DNA of 64,000 nucleotides from positions 3,488,001 through 3,552,000 of the forward strand of contig CBDFJF010000002.1 of assembly GCA_965248265.1 (NCBI GenBank), read 5' to 3'. Source of the stretch: Candidatus Latescibacterota bacterium. GTDB lineage: Bacteria; Latescibacterota; UBA2968; UBA8231. Shown here piece after piece: positions 1 to 10,227 of the stretch. Numbering within the stretch: the stretch's first letter is position 1; every line of letters begins with the position of its first letter. Both the position numbers and the translations under genes were made by a program. Under the pieces are notes generated by a model. It had not been told where the DNA came from, did no database searches, and saw only the letters and a program-made list of their open reading frames with translations.

Positions 1-384
1 AAACACGATCGTTCCCAGGGCTCCATCGGCCAGAGCCTCCCGCAGCACGCGCTCTGGTTCCGACGAAAACCTATCTGCGACACATAGTACCACGCCACTC
101 TGGCGGCAGTGGTTGCTCAACTTGAGGGCTCGATGGGCGCTGAAAACCGGCTGCTCACAGAGGACGTGTCTGCCGCAGTCGGCAGCCTTTCGAACCCAGT
201 ACTCTCGATCCGCCGCCCGGGTCAACACGGCCAGAGCCCCCACTCGAGGATCTTCCAGCATGACTTCTGCCGCCAAGGTACTCTCATTCGTTTCCTCGCG
301 AACGGTCCCGATCAGGTGTACCGAGGATACGGAGTCGATCGCGCCGATGTGTGCGGCCAATCTGTCAGCACCGACTATGGCCAC
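1..384 (-). CDS. Gfo/Idh/MocA-family oxidoreductase-like protein, N-terminal part (runs off the window; start uncertain)
   Basis: Not in the ORF track. Manual translation gives (IG)VAIVGADRL...GRHVLCEQP...LADGALGTIVF, matching the family's GKHVLCEKP and GxIGxI patterns. The frame is open to base 1. Confidence 0.65.
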   Translation of the reverse strand, partial: MAIVGADRLAAHIGAIDSVSSVHLIGTVREETNESTLAAEVMLEDPRVGALAVLTRAADREYWVRKAADCGRHVLCEQPVFSAHRALKLSNHCRQSGVVLCVADRFSSEPERVLREALADGALGTIVF

Positions 385-576
385 GCCGATCTGTGCTGGA
401 GGAGGTCGAATGAGATCTCGTCAGGGATTCAAGTAGGGCCACGCGCCTCGGGTCGCTAACATAACTCTCGGAGTAATTTCGCGGCAACCTAGGTTGACCG
501 TCGTGCGCCCGCTCGGTACCCTATAGGCAGAAGCACAAAGAGCATTGAAGATCAAATTCGCATGGGGTGATGCAAG

Positions 577-885
577 ATGTTGACGGGATACTTCTGGGTC
601 GTGGTGGGATTCGTGATCGTCGCCATTACCAAGTACTTGACATCGATCAGATTGCGAAGCTTGGCTGAAAAGATGCAACGAGAGAGGCATGATGCCTCAG
701 AATTGCGTTCGCTCCTGATCCAAGCGGAGGAGAAGGAGAACGCCCTGCAAGGCGATGCCGAGAAGCTTCAGAGCAAGCTGACCGCGCTGAAGAATGTCGT
801 CAGTAACATCGAGCGCTCGGTGCAGCGTTACCAAAGGGGTGGTGGAGAAGAGACGCCCAAGGACGAAGCCGTTCAAGCCCGCTGA
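577..885 (+). CDS. Small membrane-anchored coiled-coil protein
   Basis: N-terminal hydrophobic helix (YFWVVVGFVIVAI) followed by a heptad-rich segment; converges on the next gene. Confidence 0.7.
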   Translation: MLTGYFWVVVGFVIVAITKYLTSIRLRSLAEKMQRERHDASELRSLLIQAEEKENALQGDAEKLQSKLTALKNVVSNIERSVQRYQRGGGEETPKDEAVQAR

Positions 886-902
886 CGCCCCGTCATCTCG
901 AC

Positions 903-1940
903 TCAGTTCTTCCACCGCTCCAGAATATCTTCTCTGATTTCCTTCCTCAACAGCGGCTTCAAGCGGGTTTGGGCCTGCAACCGCACCGGTCCGGATCTGG
1001 CGTCGTATGCCAGGTAGGTCAGCAGGCTGCGGTCGGCCTGAGGATGCGAGGCGATTGCCAGCAGAACAGACTCCTCCTTTTCCGTCTTGCTCTTGGCCAT
1101 GCGGTCGAGTGTCTCGAGCCGGGTTTTCTCATGGCTGGCCACCGATGCCCTTATGACGGGGATCTTGTTGACAGACAGGCTGTCCAGTACCGAGCCTGGC
1201 GTGTTGATGTTGCGGCACACGGCCATAACGACTGCCGTTTTGGAGTGGGCTGCTTGGCGCCGCAACCAGGAGGCAGGGGCATTGGGATTGGCCAACGCTG
1301 TGGTTTGGACAGCGAGCACGCTGTCTTGCGCCAGAGTGGCAAGGGCAGTTTTGCTGGCGTAGGCACTCGCGGCCACCTTCCGACGCACAACCTGATCCTC
1401 GTCCAGCGCCAGCGAGTCCAGTACGGCGACCGGTATTCTTCCGTTCTTAACCAACGCGAGGCGCACCAGTACCTGAGGATCTTGCGAGAGTCGTGTAGCG
1501 ATGGACTCTTTGATCGTCCGGACCTCGCGTGGTGCCAGCGCATCGTACTCGAGCGTCAGCGCCACGCCGCTTCGAACCATTGGTTCCGGATCATCAGCCA
1601 ATGCGAGAATCGTGCCCAGGGAGCTGTGGCGATTGGCGGCAACCTGGAAGCGCACCCCGGCGTCTTCATCATCCGCCAAAAGCGCCAGTTCCTGGGGGTT
1701 CGAGGTGGTATTCGCCCTTCTCTTCTGCTCGCGATCGACTTCCTGCTGCGTGCGCATGAGTTGGCTTATACCCATGGGAACCAGTTTCCTCAAATGATTA
1801 CGCAGGGTCTCTTCCTCTACTGGGCGCACCCCTTCCGTTTCGCGCTCCTGCGTACCGGCCTCCTCGGCATGTCCCGCATTGCCCGACGCCGCGAGTACCG
1901 ACGCCATCACACCAACTATCACTTTGGCCCTCATGCGCAT
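903..1940 (-). CDS. Exported LRV/HEAT-like repeat protein
   Basis: Repeated LxxLAxDxxxxVRxxVAxN units and a signal-peptide-like N-terminus. Start moved to ATG 1940, which has GGAGAGG upstream. Confidence 0.75.
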   Translation of the reverse strand: MRMRAKVIVGVMASVLAASGNAGHAEEAGTQERETEGVRPVEEETLRNHLRKLVPMGISQLMRTQQEVDREQKRRANTTSNPQELALLADDEDAGVRFQVAANRHSSLGTILALADDPEPMVRSGVALTLEYDALAPREVRTIKESIATRLSQDPQVLVRLALVKNGRIPVAVLDSLALDEDQVVRRKVAASAYASKTALATLAQDSVLAVQTTALANPNAPASWLRRQAAHSKTAVVMAVCRNINTPGSVLDSLSVNKIPVIRASVASHEKTRLETLDRMAKSKTEKEESVLLAIASHPQADRSLLTYLAYDARSGPVRLQAQTRLKPLLRKEIREDILERWKN

Positions 1941-2202
1941 CAACAGACCTCTCCCTTTACACGGCGTGTGTCCACACGGCAAGTGAATATGTGACCACTT
2001 AGTCATACGTATCATATCGGCCGAGCAGTCAGATCCGGTGACGGGAAAATTCAGGTGTGGTTAGAGTGCTCGTGGCAAAAGTGGTATATCGATTGTCCTG
2101 CAACGACTTAGTGGATATTATCAAGCAGTGAGTGAGGCCTAGGCGATCACCAGAATTCCCCCGGCGCTGTCCGAATGAGCTGTCGGTTACTGTGCTCCCT
2201 CC

Positions 2203-3156
2203 CTACTCGCCGTCTTCCGGCGGCGTCTGCATCCGACGAATCAATCGCTTGTCAAACTCCTTGGCCGAGTGATGACCACCCAGACGGAGCAGGTAGTTGA
2301 AGGCGATCGTTTCCGCGATTACCGTGATGTTTTTTCCGGGGAAAATCGGGATCGTGATTTCGGGGATTTCAACACCAAGAAACGTCCGGGCTCTCTCATC
2401 AATCCCGACGCGCTCGAACTCTTCCACCTTGCTCTCGTCCCAATCAGCCAGTGTGACCACAAGCTCGACACGCTTGCGCAGGCGCGTGGCTCTGATCCCG
2501 AACAGGCGCTTGATGTCGATGATCCCGACTCCTCGAATTTCCATATGATCCTCCAGCGCTTCCGGACTGTGTGCTACCAGAATGCCCTGGGACTGACGCT
2601 GGATGATGACGGTGTCATCTGCGACCAGTCGGTGTCCGCGCTCGACCAGGTCGAGCCCGATTTCGCTCTTCCCTATCGCACTGCGTCCCATGAAGAGGAG
2701 CCCTACGCCGTGCACATCTATCAGGGTGCCGTGCACGATGACCTGAGGAGCAAAGACGTCAGCCAGGTAGAAGTGCAGCAGGTGTATGAATTGGGTGGTG
2801 TCGAATTCTGTGCGTAAGAGCGGGATTCCCCGGTCGTTCGCGAGCATTCGCAGCTCAGGGAACAACCGCACGCGCCCGGTCAGCACAACACACGGCATGT
2901 CGAACTGGTAGAGGATCTCGAGTGCCTGTAACCGGCGCGCCGGTGGCAGGCTCCGGAGGTACTCCAGTTCATGGTTGCCGAGAATCTGAACCTGATTAAA
3001 AGTGAACACTTCTATAAAGCCAGTCAGGGTCAACCCCGGTCGGTTGGCATCGCTGCTGTTGATCGTGCGAGACAACCCCTCTTCACCCGCCAGGAGCCTT
3101 AAGCCGAGACGCCTGCCGAATTGTTCGATCAGTGATTTGATTGAAAGGTCGGTCAC
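2203..3156 (-). CDS. hprK: HPr kinase/phosphorylase
   Basis: NRPGL, Walker A GRSAIGKSE, HRLVADD, MEIRGVGII and PGKN motifs. Confidence 0.97.
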   Translation of the reverse strand: MTDLSIKSLIEQFGRRLGLRLLAGEEGLSRTINSSDANRPGLTLTGFIEVFTFNQVQILGNHELEYLRSLPPARRLQALEILYQFDMPCVVLTGRVRLFPELRMLANDRGIPLLRTEFDTTQFIHLLHFYLADVFAPQVIVHGTLIDVHGVGLLFMGRSAIGKSEIGLDLVERGHRLVADDTVIIQRQSQGILVAHSPEALEDHMEIRGVGIIDIKRLFGIRATRLRKRVELVVTLADWDESKVEEFERVGIDERARTFLGVEIPEITIPIFPGKNITVIAETIAFNYLLRLGGHHSAKEFDKRLIRRMQTPPEDGE

Positions 3157-4049
3157 AGATCCTCCATGAATCGTCGATAACTCTCATACCTGAGCGAGTC
3201 GATCTGGTTCATCTCGCACGCGGCGCGCACAGCGCATCCCGGTTCCGTCAGGTGCTGACAGTCTCGATACTGACAATCATCCGTCAACGGTGCCATTTCG
3301 ACAAAATAGTCGACGACTTCGGACGGCTCGAGGCCGTAGGGCTGGAGCCGCTTGATGCCTGGCGTGTCAGCGACATAGATCCCTCCGTCAAGCCGATGTA
3401 GTTGCGTTGTCGTTGTCGTGTGTCTGCCTCGGTCGTGTTTGGCCATCAGCGCGTTGGTGCGAATGCCGAGACCGGGCTCGATGCAGTTGAGGATCGATGA
3501 CTTGCCAACCCCCGATTGTCCCATGAAGGCCGAGGTCTTGTTCATCAGCAATTCCTTCAGCGCATCAGTTCCCGCTGCCGTCGACGCGCTCGTCATCACG
3601 ACGTGGTAACCGAGTCCGCGGTACAGCTCGGCGATGATCCCGGAGCGATCGCCCTGCGCCAGGTCGATCTTGTTTATGCAGATGACGGGTTCTGCGTTTC
3701 CCAGGAGCGTAGCGACGATGGCGCGGTCGATGAAGCCGGGGCGCAGTGCTGGTTGGCGTGCAGATACCACGACGACACACTGATCGACGTTCGCCGCGAA
3801 TATCTGCTCATAGGACTTGGCCCCCGCTGATGCTCTGGAGATCTTGGAACGACGCTCATGCACCTGCTCGACGACCCCGTCGCTGCCATCCAGATCTGAA
3901 CTGAACTCAACCCAGTCACCGGCGACCACGGGAGAACTCGTTTGCCGATGGCCCCGCTTGAGTTTGCCTCTCAGCTGGCAGGTCCAGTCACGCCCGTCAG
4001 CCTCGATCTGACATTGCAGTCCGGTGACGCACAGGACGCGGCCCTTCAT
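3153..4049 (-). CDS. rsgA: Ribosome small subunit-dependent GTPase A
   Basis: NKID, GQSGVGKSS, GRHTTT, DTPG and C-terminal Zn site CQYRDCQHLTEPGC. Confidence 0.97.
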   Translation of the reverse strand: MKGRVLCVTGLQCQIEADGRDWTCQLRGKLKRGHRQTSSPVVAGDWVEFSSDLDGSDGVVEQVHERRSKISRASAGAKSYEQIFAANVDQCVVVVSARQPALRPGFIDRAIVATLLGNAEPVICINKIDLAQGDRSGIIAELYRGLGYHVVMTSASTAAGTDALKELLMNKTSAFMGQSGVGKSSILNCIEPGLGIRTNALMAKHDRGRHTTTTTQLHRLDGGIYVADTPGIKRLQPYGLEPSEVVDYFVEMAPLTDDCQYRDCQHLTEPGCAVRAACEMNQIDSLRYESYRRFMEDL

Positions 4050-4070
4050 CAGGCGCGGTCCGCTCCCATC

Positions 4071-4796
4071 CTATTCGCCTCGGCTGAGGCGCTCAGCATT
4101 GTAGGCGGGTAGATCGGCCTGCAGGATCTTTTCCTGCGCCGCCTCGAGACGGTATTCAACTCGATGCAGCGACACATGCTCGGCGTCTACATCCCATATG
4201 GCGTAGCATGCTCTCCAATCACCATCACGGGGTTGTCCGACACTGCCGACGTTGATCAAATAGCGGTGCTTGCCGATGGCGACCGTCGCCGAAGTCAGGG
4301 CCACGATCCCATTCTTGCCTGGTTTGCAGAAGATGCCAGACTGGTGAGTGTGGCCGACGAATGCCAATCTCCAATCCAACCGGTCAAGACACCAGACCAC
4401 GTCACGATGGAGGTAGAGGTGCTGCCATTCTTCCGGCCGGATCGGGTTGGCGTGGGCGAAAGCGCCTTCGTGTTCCACATGCCTCAAGGGGAGTCTTCTG
4501 AGGTGCTCTATGTGCTCAGTCGAAACCATGTCCCGAGACATCAGGATACTGCGGCGTGCCAACGGATTCAGAGATTTGGCGTAGTGGCCATCAACCAGCG
4601 CCTGGTCATGATTACCCAGCACGCATGTTGCGTCGATGTCCTGCAGTCGATACAGGCACGCGGCGGGATCGGCACCGTACCCGACCATGTCACCGAGCAC
4701 GACGAAGTGCTCAGCGCCATGCTTCTCCGCCTGGATGAGGACTGACTCTAGGGCTTCGAGGTTTGCGTGAATGTCAGCCAGTACGGCGATCTTCAC
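4071..4796 (-). CDS. Calcineurin-like metallophosphoesterase
   Basis: DIHAN, GDMVGYG, GNHD, GHTH and NVGSVGQPRDG motifs. Confidence 0.92.
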   Translation of the reverse strand: MKIAVLADIHANLEALESVLIQAEKHGAEHFVVLGDMVGYGADPAACLYRLQDIDATCVLGNHDQALVDGHYAKSLNPLARRSILMSRDMVSTEHIEHLRRLPLRHVEHEGAFAHANPIRPEEWQHLYLHRDVVWCLDRLDWRLAFVGHTHQSGIFCKPGKNGIVALTSATVAIGKHRYLINVGSVGQPRDGDWRACYAIWDVDAEHVSLHRVEYRLEAAQEKILQADLPAYNAERLSRGE

Positions 4797-4805
4797 GGGC
4801 CGGTT

Positions 4806-5774
4806 TCAACTCGCCTGGGGAGGCGGCTCGGAGGCATCGGAAACAGGAGCTGCATCCTCGGATGTGGAAGTGTCCGCCGGCACCGGCGGCTTCTTCTTTG
4901 GTTTTTTCTTCGGGGCGTCGCTGACGTCGTCGCCGGCGCTGGTAGGGCTGCTCTGCGTTGTCGCGTACACGGTTGTGATGATCTGCTTGCGCTGCTCCTG
5001 TTCGATTGGCAGGAATCCCAGGTGGAGGGTCAGCTGTCCCTGATCCTTATCGGAGTCGATGACCTTGCCAATCACGCCTTCGATCTGAAATGGGACCGGA
5101 TCAGCGTCAGGAGACAGCGTAACGTAGTCTCCTATACTGACGGCATTCTTGTCCTGTGTGAGCAACGCCAGGCCGCCCGCGCTCAAATCGAGGACTCGCG
5201 CCCCGACCGAGGGTGTTTGGGTCGTCAGTCCGTCGAGGGCTTGCTTGAATTTGGTATCGGTTTCGTCGTAGGCACTCTTCAATTCTTCGTCGATGTCGCT
5301 CTTGGGCACCATCACCGCCTGGACGTCAAAGGCGATTTTGGCTCGCTCGAACTGACGCCGCTCGGAGTGGCCGTCCCACTTGACTGTCGTTCGTATCAGT
5401 TTATTACGGGCTGTTTCCATCAAGGCCTGCTCGACATCGGAAATGACGTCTCTGTCGACGGCCTGATCAACGCAGCGGTCGAACAGGGTGATGGAAGCCA
5501 GGACCTGCGACGGACGCTTGGGGTTTGCTTTGCGAACGACGATCTCGAGGGTCTTCCGTTCCAGGTTGGTCAATCCCTTGACCTTCGCGATTTTGGAGAA
5601 GGTACGCCATGAGGATGCCTTCACCTTGCGGTTTTCATTCCATTTGCCCAAGCCACGGAATATCACCACGGACACGAGTGCAACCACGAAGACGCCCGCC
5701 AAGATGTACAGAATCTGCATGTCGGGCTCGGGGATTCCGAGATATGGGTTGGATTTGGCGAGCGTAGCCAGCAT
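4806..5774 (-). CDS. Membrane-anchored PilZ-domain protein
   Basis: N-terminal TM helix; RxxxR (RRQFER) and DxSxxG (DLSAGG) c-di-GMP-binding motifs. Confidence 0.8.
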   Translation of the reverse strand: MLATLAKSNPYLGIPEPDMQILYILAGVFVVALVSVVIFRGLGKWNENRKVKASSWRTFSKIAKVKGLTNLERKTLEIVVRKANPKRPSQVLASITLFDRCVDQAVDRDVISDVEQALMETARNKLIRTTVKWDGHSERRQFERAKIAFDVQAVMVPKSDIDEELKSAYDETDTKFKQALDGLTTQTPSVGARVLDLSAGGLALLTQDKNAVSIGDYVTLSPDADPVPFQIEGVIGKVIDSDKDQGQLTLHLGFLPIEQEQRKQIITTVYATTQSSPTSAGDDVSDAPKKKPKKKPPVPADTSTSEDAAPVSDASEPPPQAS

Positions 5775-5783
5775 GTCAATCAG

Positions 5784-6734
5784 TTAGTTGAAAAGCGTGC
5801 TTATCGACGTCTCTTCGTGAATCGCCTTGATGGCGCCGGCGAATTGCGTGGCGACCGAACAGATCGCGAGCTTCGAGCCCTTTGACTCCTGTTGATTATG
5901 CGGGATGGTGTCCGTCACTGCCAATCCGTCCAGTTCTGACCCCTGGTTGACCCGCGTACGAGCATCGTCGACGAGGGTCCCGTGTACGCAACCGGCATAG
6001 ACGGCCCCTGCCCCTCGCTCGCGCAACGCCACAGCGCCCGAGAGGATTGATTCACCGGTTACGATCTCGTCGTCGAAAAGGATCACATCCTTGGACTCCA
6101 CATCCCCGATGACTCCATGGACGCGTGCCTCGCCCGTGGTCGTATGGCGGCGGTCAATGACGACGAGTGGGATACCCAGTCTTCTCGCGTACCCCTCTGT
6201 TACCTTGGCTCGGCTGATATCCGGTGCGGCGGCGACGCAATCGCTGAGGTTGAGATCCGAATAGTGTTCGCAGATTGCCGGTACCCCACTCAGTTGATCG
6301 ACTGGCACGCGGCAGAACCCGACAATCTGCGGGCTATGCAGCGTCATGGTTAGAATCCTGTCGGCCCCTGCCTCCGTCAAGAGGTCAGCTACCAGCCTGC
6401 TGGCGACGGAGATCCTCGGTTCGTCCTTGCTGTCGGACAGGGCGTAGGGGAAATACGGAAGGACGGCGGTGATACGTCCGGCCGAAGCGTACTTGAGCGC
6501 GTCCAGGGTTATGAGGAGTTCCATCAGGTACTCATTTACCGGAGGACAGGATGTCTGGATTATGAATACGTCGCATCCACGTACGTTCTCGCAGATCTTG
6601 ACCTTGATATTCTCGTTGCTGAACCGCACGAACTCGACAGCCCCCAGCTCAGTACCGAGGGCATCGGCAATGCCACCCGAGAGCGCCGGATTGCTGTTTC
6701 CAGCGAAGATCTTGAGGTCGCTGGCCATGGTCAT
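5784..6734 (-). CDS. prs: Ribose-phosphate pyrophosphokinase paralogue A (catalytic motifs degenerate)
   Basis: Full PRS pattern (ENVRGCDVFIIQT, ITAVLPYFPY, LFDDEIVTG, CVHG), but YALSD replaces YARxD and DRRH replaces DKRR. Confidence 0.9.
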   Translation of the reverse strand: MTMASDLKIFAGNSNPALSGGIADALGTELGAVEFVRFSNENIKVKICENVRGCDVFIIQTSCPPVNEYLMELLITLDALKYASAGRITAVLPYFPYALSDSKDEPRISVASRLVADLLTEAGADRILTMTLHSPQIVGFCRVPVDQLSGVPAICEHYSDLNLSDCVAAAPDISRAKVTEGYARRLGIPLVVIDRRHTTTGEARVHGVIGDVESKDVILFDDEIVTGESILSGAVALRERGAGAVYAGCVHGTLVDDARTRVNQGSELDGLAVTDTIPHNQQESKGSKLAICSVATQFAGAIKAIHEETSISTLFN

Positions 6735-7402
6735 TAAAGCAGTTCGAGCTCCTGCCTGGCGCGAACGCTGGCCGGCGAGCTGGCGAAATCACGGGTTACC
6801 CGCTTGAGCAGATCGCGTTGCCGCTGGGTATCGCCCATCGCACCGTAGCAGCGGGCAGCATCCATGAGCGCCAGTGAGGCCGCCATGTTGCCAGCATGGA
6901 CATTGGCGTATTCCGCGTACTTGGCGGCCGCCTTGTCGTACTGCTCCTGAGCCTCATAGCAGGCGGCTACTCCCCGCCAGGCAGCAAAAACCAGAACGTC
7001 GAGGTCTCCGTAGTCCGTCAGATAGGCCTGGTAGAGTGTTTCCGCCTCAGCATAACGCCCCTGGTTGAAGTAGCGATTGCCCAGCATGACCGTGCCATGT
7101 GCGGACGCGGAGGTTCCGGCGTACTCATTCAGCAGTTGCTCCCCCAGGCGGATGGCCTGATCCTGCTGCCCCCCCTGTTCAGCCATGAGTATTTCACCCA
7201 GCAGCGTGGCGGCTTCAGTGCGGGCGCTCTCTCTGGAGGCCTGCACGTAGTTCACGGCCAGAATGATGACGACGACGGCGGCGGCTCCGGCTGCGAAGGT
7301 GCGGCCCCGCTCCTTCACGTAGTCGCTGGCCTGCACCATCCATTCGACAAACTGATCTTCTTCAAGTTCTCGCTTCGTTGGTCTATTTCGTTTCGCCGCC
7401 AT
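6734..7402 (-). CDS. Single-pass membrane TPR protein (YfgM-like)
   Basis: One TM helix followed by TPR-like helices; its TAA overlaps the ATG of prs A. Confidence 0.8.
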   Translation of the reverse strand: MAAKRNRPTKRELEEDQFVEWMVQASDYVKERGRTFAAGAAAVVVIILAVNYVQASRESARTEAATLLGEILMAEQGGQQDQAIRLGEQLLNEYAGTSASAHGTVMLGNRYFNQGRYAEAETLYQAYLTDYGDLDVLVFAAWRGVAACYEAQEQYDKAAAKYAEYANVHAGNMAASLALMDAARCYGAMGDTQRQRDLLKRVTRDFASSPASVRARQELELL

Positions 7403-7434
7403 GTCCTCGATTCCGTTTTTCTAGTTTGAAGGTC

Positions 7435-7953
7435 TCAATACTGGAGTGCTGCCTCGATTCGGTAGCCCTGCAGCAGCTCCCGTCCGTTGAGAGCTACCAG
7501 CTCGATCAGGAATCCGATCCCGATGACCTGGGCGCCTAGTTCCTCCATGAGCCGGCACGAGCAGGCCATGGTACCTCCAGTCGCCAACACGTCGTCGATG
7601 AGCAAAATGCGCTGCCCCGCTGTGACCGCATCCTCATGGATTTCAATTTCCGCGGTTCCGTACTCCAGCTCATAGGTCGCTTTCACTGTTCCAAAAGGCA
7701 GTTTTCCGGCCTTGCGAATCGGGACGAACCCCTTGCCCAGATGCAGGGCCATGGCCGCCCCGAAAATGAAACCGCGGGCCTCGACCCCTACCACCAGGTC
7801 GAACTCGTCCCCATCTGCAAACATCCCGGCCATCCCCTTCGTCGCCTGCGCGAACCCGTCGGGATCACGCAAGAGAGGCGTGATGTCGCGAAACAGGATG
7901 CCAGGTTTGGGAAAATCCGGAATGTCACGGATCAGCTGTTTCAGATCAGACAA
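7435..7953 (-). CDS. apt: Adenine phosphoribosyltransferase
   Basis: IPDFPKPGILFRDITPLL, EARGF, YELEYG and IDDVLATGGT. Confidence 0.98.
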   Translation of the reverse strand: MSDLKQLIRDIPDFPKPGILFRDITPLLRDPDGFAQATKGMAGMFADGDEFDLVVGVEARGFIFGAAMALHLGKGFVPIRKAGKLPFGTVKATYELEYGTAEIEIHEDAVTAGQRILLIDDVLATGGTMACSCRLMEELGAQVIGIGFLIELVALNGRELLQGYRIEAALQY

Positions 7954-8062
7954 GAGCTCGTTCCCAATAGACGGAAAAATCCTCGTAACCTACTGTGTTA
8001 AATTAAGATGGCTCATTGTTCAGAGTCAAACGGTCCAGTCACCGGGGCTGTCTTCAGTGCGG

Positions 8063-8224
8063 CTAAAAGAGGGTGTATATGAAGGGCGCGACGGCTGAGC
8101 CCTCTGTGAGGACGATCAGGGTTCCGAGAAGAAACAAGGTCATGAATATGGGCCCGAGCCACCACTTCTTTCGCACCTTCATGAAGGCCCAGAACTCACG
8201 CAGCAGGTCTAATCTACTCGCCAT
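8063..8224 (-). CDS. Small membrane protein, DUF5989-like (53 aa)
   Basis: EFWAFMKVRKKWWLGP...GSAVAPFIYTLF signature; ATG at 8224 has a GAGG RBS. Confidence 0.85.
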   Translation of the reverse strand: MASRLDLLREFWAFMKVRKKWWLGPIFMTLFLLGTLIVLTEGSAVAPFIYTLF

Positions 8225-8243
8225 GGTTTTTTTCCTCTTGTCC

Positions 8244-9188
8244 TTAATCCAGGAGCCGGCTAACGGACTCGCCGTGATGGATCGCTTTGATGGCATCGCC
8301 GAAGAGCCGCCCCACTGATATGACCTCGATCTTGGAGGAAGTCTTGTCGTCGGGAAGCGGAATGGTGTTGGTTTTCAGGAACACTTCCACCGGCGACTTC
8401 TCGATATTCTCGATAGCCGATCCGGAAAAAACGCCGTGAGTGCAGCCTGCCATGATGCGGCGAGCGCCTCTCTTCTTCAGCAAGCGGATCGCCTCCATCA
8501 TCGACCCCCCTGTCAGTACCTCATCGTCGAAAAGCAATGCGTCCTTGCCCTCGATGTCACCGATCACATTGAGAACTTCCGCCTTCTCGTCGTCCGCCTT
8601 TCGCCTCTTGTCCATGATGGCCAGCGGCAGATCCAGCACGCGGGCGTAGTAATTTGCTTCATCCGCGCTGCCAACGTCCGGTGAGACGACGACGGCATTC
8701 CCCAGATCCTGGGTCTGCAACAGATGGTCGCACAGAAGGTTCGTGGCCCATAGTTGATCCACTGGGATTCGTGAAAAGGCGACGATCTGTGGCGAGTGCA
8801 AGGTCATCGTCAGGATGCGGTCCGCGCCTGCGGTCTCCAGCAGGTCGGCGACCAGGCGAGCACTGATAGAAATCCGAGGCTCGTCTTTCTTGTCAGAGCG
8901 CACGTAGGGATAGTACGGCAGGACGGCGGTCACTCGGCGCGCAGAGGCGTACTTCAAGGCATCGATGATCAGCAGGAGCTCGAGAAAGTTGTCGTTTACC
9001 GGTGGGCACGAAGTCTGGATGACGAAGACATCATCCTCTCGCACGTTTTCACAGATGCGAACCTTGAGATTGTCGTTGGCCCCTTGCTCGATGTCGAGAC
9101 GCCCTGGGGCGCAGTCCAGGTACGTGCAGATCTCCTCTGCGAGTTCGGGATTGCTGCTGCCGGACATGATCTTCAGGTAGTTCTTCAC
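8244..9188 (-). CDS. prs: Ribose-phosphate pyrophosphokinase paralogue B
   Basis: YYPYVRSDKKD, SPDVG, DKRR, LFDDEVLTGGS and CTHG motifs retained. Confidence 0.93.
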   Translation of the reverse strand: MKNYLKIMSGSSNPELAEEICTYLDCAPGRLDIEQGANDNLKVRICENVREDDVFVIQTSCPPVNDNFLELLLIIDALKYASARRVTAVLPYYPYVRSDKKDEPRISISARLVADLLETAGADRILTMTLHSPQIVAFSRIPVDQLWATNLLCDHLLQTQDLGNAVVVSPDVGSADEANYYARVLDLPLAIMDKRRKADDEKAEVLNVIGDIEGKDALLFDDEVLTGGSMMEAIRLLKKRGARRIMAGCTHGVFSGSAIENIEKSPVEVFLKTNTIPLPDDKTSSKIEVISVGRLFGDAIKAIHHGESVSRLLD

Positions 9189-9225
9189 TGGCTCTGGTTC
9201 CCTGCAATGAGATTAACTGATGGTA

Positions 9226-10227
9226 TCACGGCAGTGATGGGGCTACTTCCTTGGCAAAATAGGTCAGTATCATGTCGGCCCCCGCTCTCTTGATTGACAA
9301 CAGCACCTCATCCCGGATCCTCACCTCATCTACCCACCCGCGCTGTGCGGCCGCTTTGATCATGGAAAACTCACCACTGACATTGTAGGCGGCCAGAGGG
9401 GCGTCAAAGCGGTCCCGAGCTTCTCGCAGGACGTCCAGATATGCCAGCGCTGGCTTGACGATAGCCATGTCTGCTCCCTCCTCCAGATCCAGCTCGATCT
9501 CCCGCATGGCCTCCCGCACATTGGCGGGATCCATCTGGTATCCACGACGATCACCAAACTGAGGTGTCGATCCGGCAGCCTCCCTGAAAGGGCCGTAAAA
9601 GGCTGAAGCGTACTTGGCCGCGTAGGCCATGATCGGAACCGCCTGATGGTCGTGGCGATCGAGTTCCTGACGAATGACCCCGACGCGGCCGTCCATCATA
9701 TCAGAGGGAGCGATTACGTCGGCTCCGGCGTCGGCGTACACCACCGACTCGCGCGCCAGCAACTCGACGGTACGGTCATTGTCGACTTCGTCTCCGTCAA
9801 GGAGTCCACAGTGGCCGTGGTCCGTGTACTCGCACAGGCAAACATCGGCTATCAAGAGCAGTTCAAGTTTGCTCCCCTTTAACGCCCGCAGAGCCATGGG
9901 CACGATGCCAGCGGGATCATAGCCCCCGCTCCCTACGGGGTCCTTCTCAGGGGGAATGCCAAACAGGATGACCGCCGGAATACCGAGGTCGGCAACCGTC
10001 CTGCATTCTTTCACTAGTTCGTCGACGGACAACTGGAAATGACCGGGCATGGCCTCGATCGGACGGCGCACGCCTTCACCGGGACAGACGAACAGAGGCA
10101 GTATCAGGTCGTCCCGTCGCAGGTGGGTCTCCCGCGCCATGGAGCGAATCAGGGCATTCTGTCGCAAGCGGCGCGGACGTTCCGGTCCGATGCCGGTGTC
10201 AGATCTAATGTTGTCTTGTTTTTCCAT
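9226..10227 (-). CDS. hemB: Porphobilinogen synthase (ALA dehydratase)
   Basis: DVCLCEYTDHGHCG, APSDMMDGR, KYASAFYGPFR, VKPA and YNVSGE. Confidence 0.98.
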   Translation of the reverse strand: MEKQDNIRSDTGIGPERPRRLRQNALIRSMARETHLRRDDLILPLFVCPGEGVRRPIEAMPGHFQLSVDELVKECRTVADLGIPAVILFGIPPEKDPVGSGGYDPAGIVPMALRALKGSKLELLLIADVCLCEYTDHGHCGLLDGDEVDNDRTVELLARESVVYADAGADVIAPSDMMDGRVGVIRQELDRHDHQAVPIMAYAAKYASAFYGPFREAAGSTPQFGDRRGYQMDPANVREAMREIELDLEEGADMAIVKPALAYLDVLREARDRFDAPLAAYNVSGEFSMIKAAAQRGWVDEVRIRDEVLLSIKRAGADMILTYFAKEVAPSLP

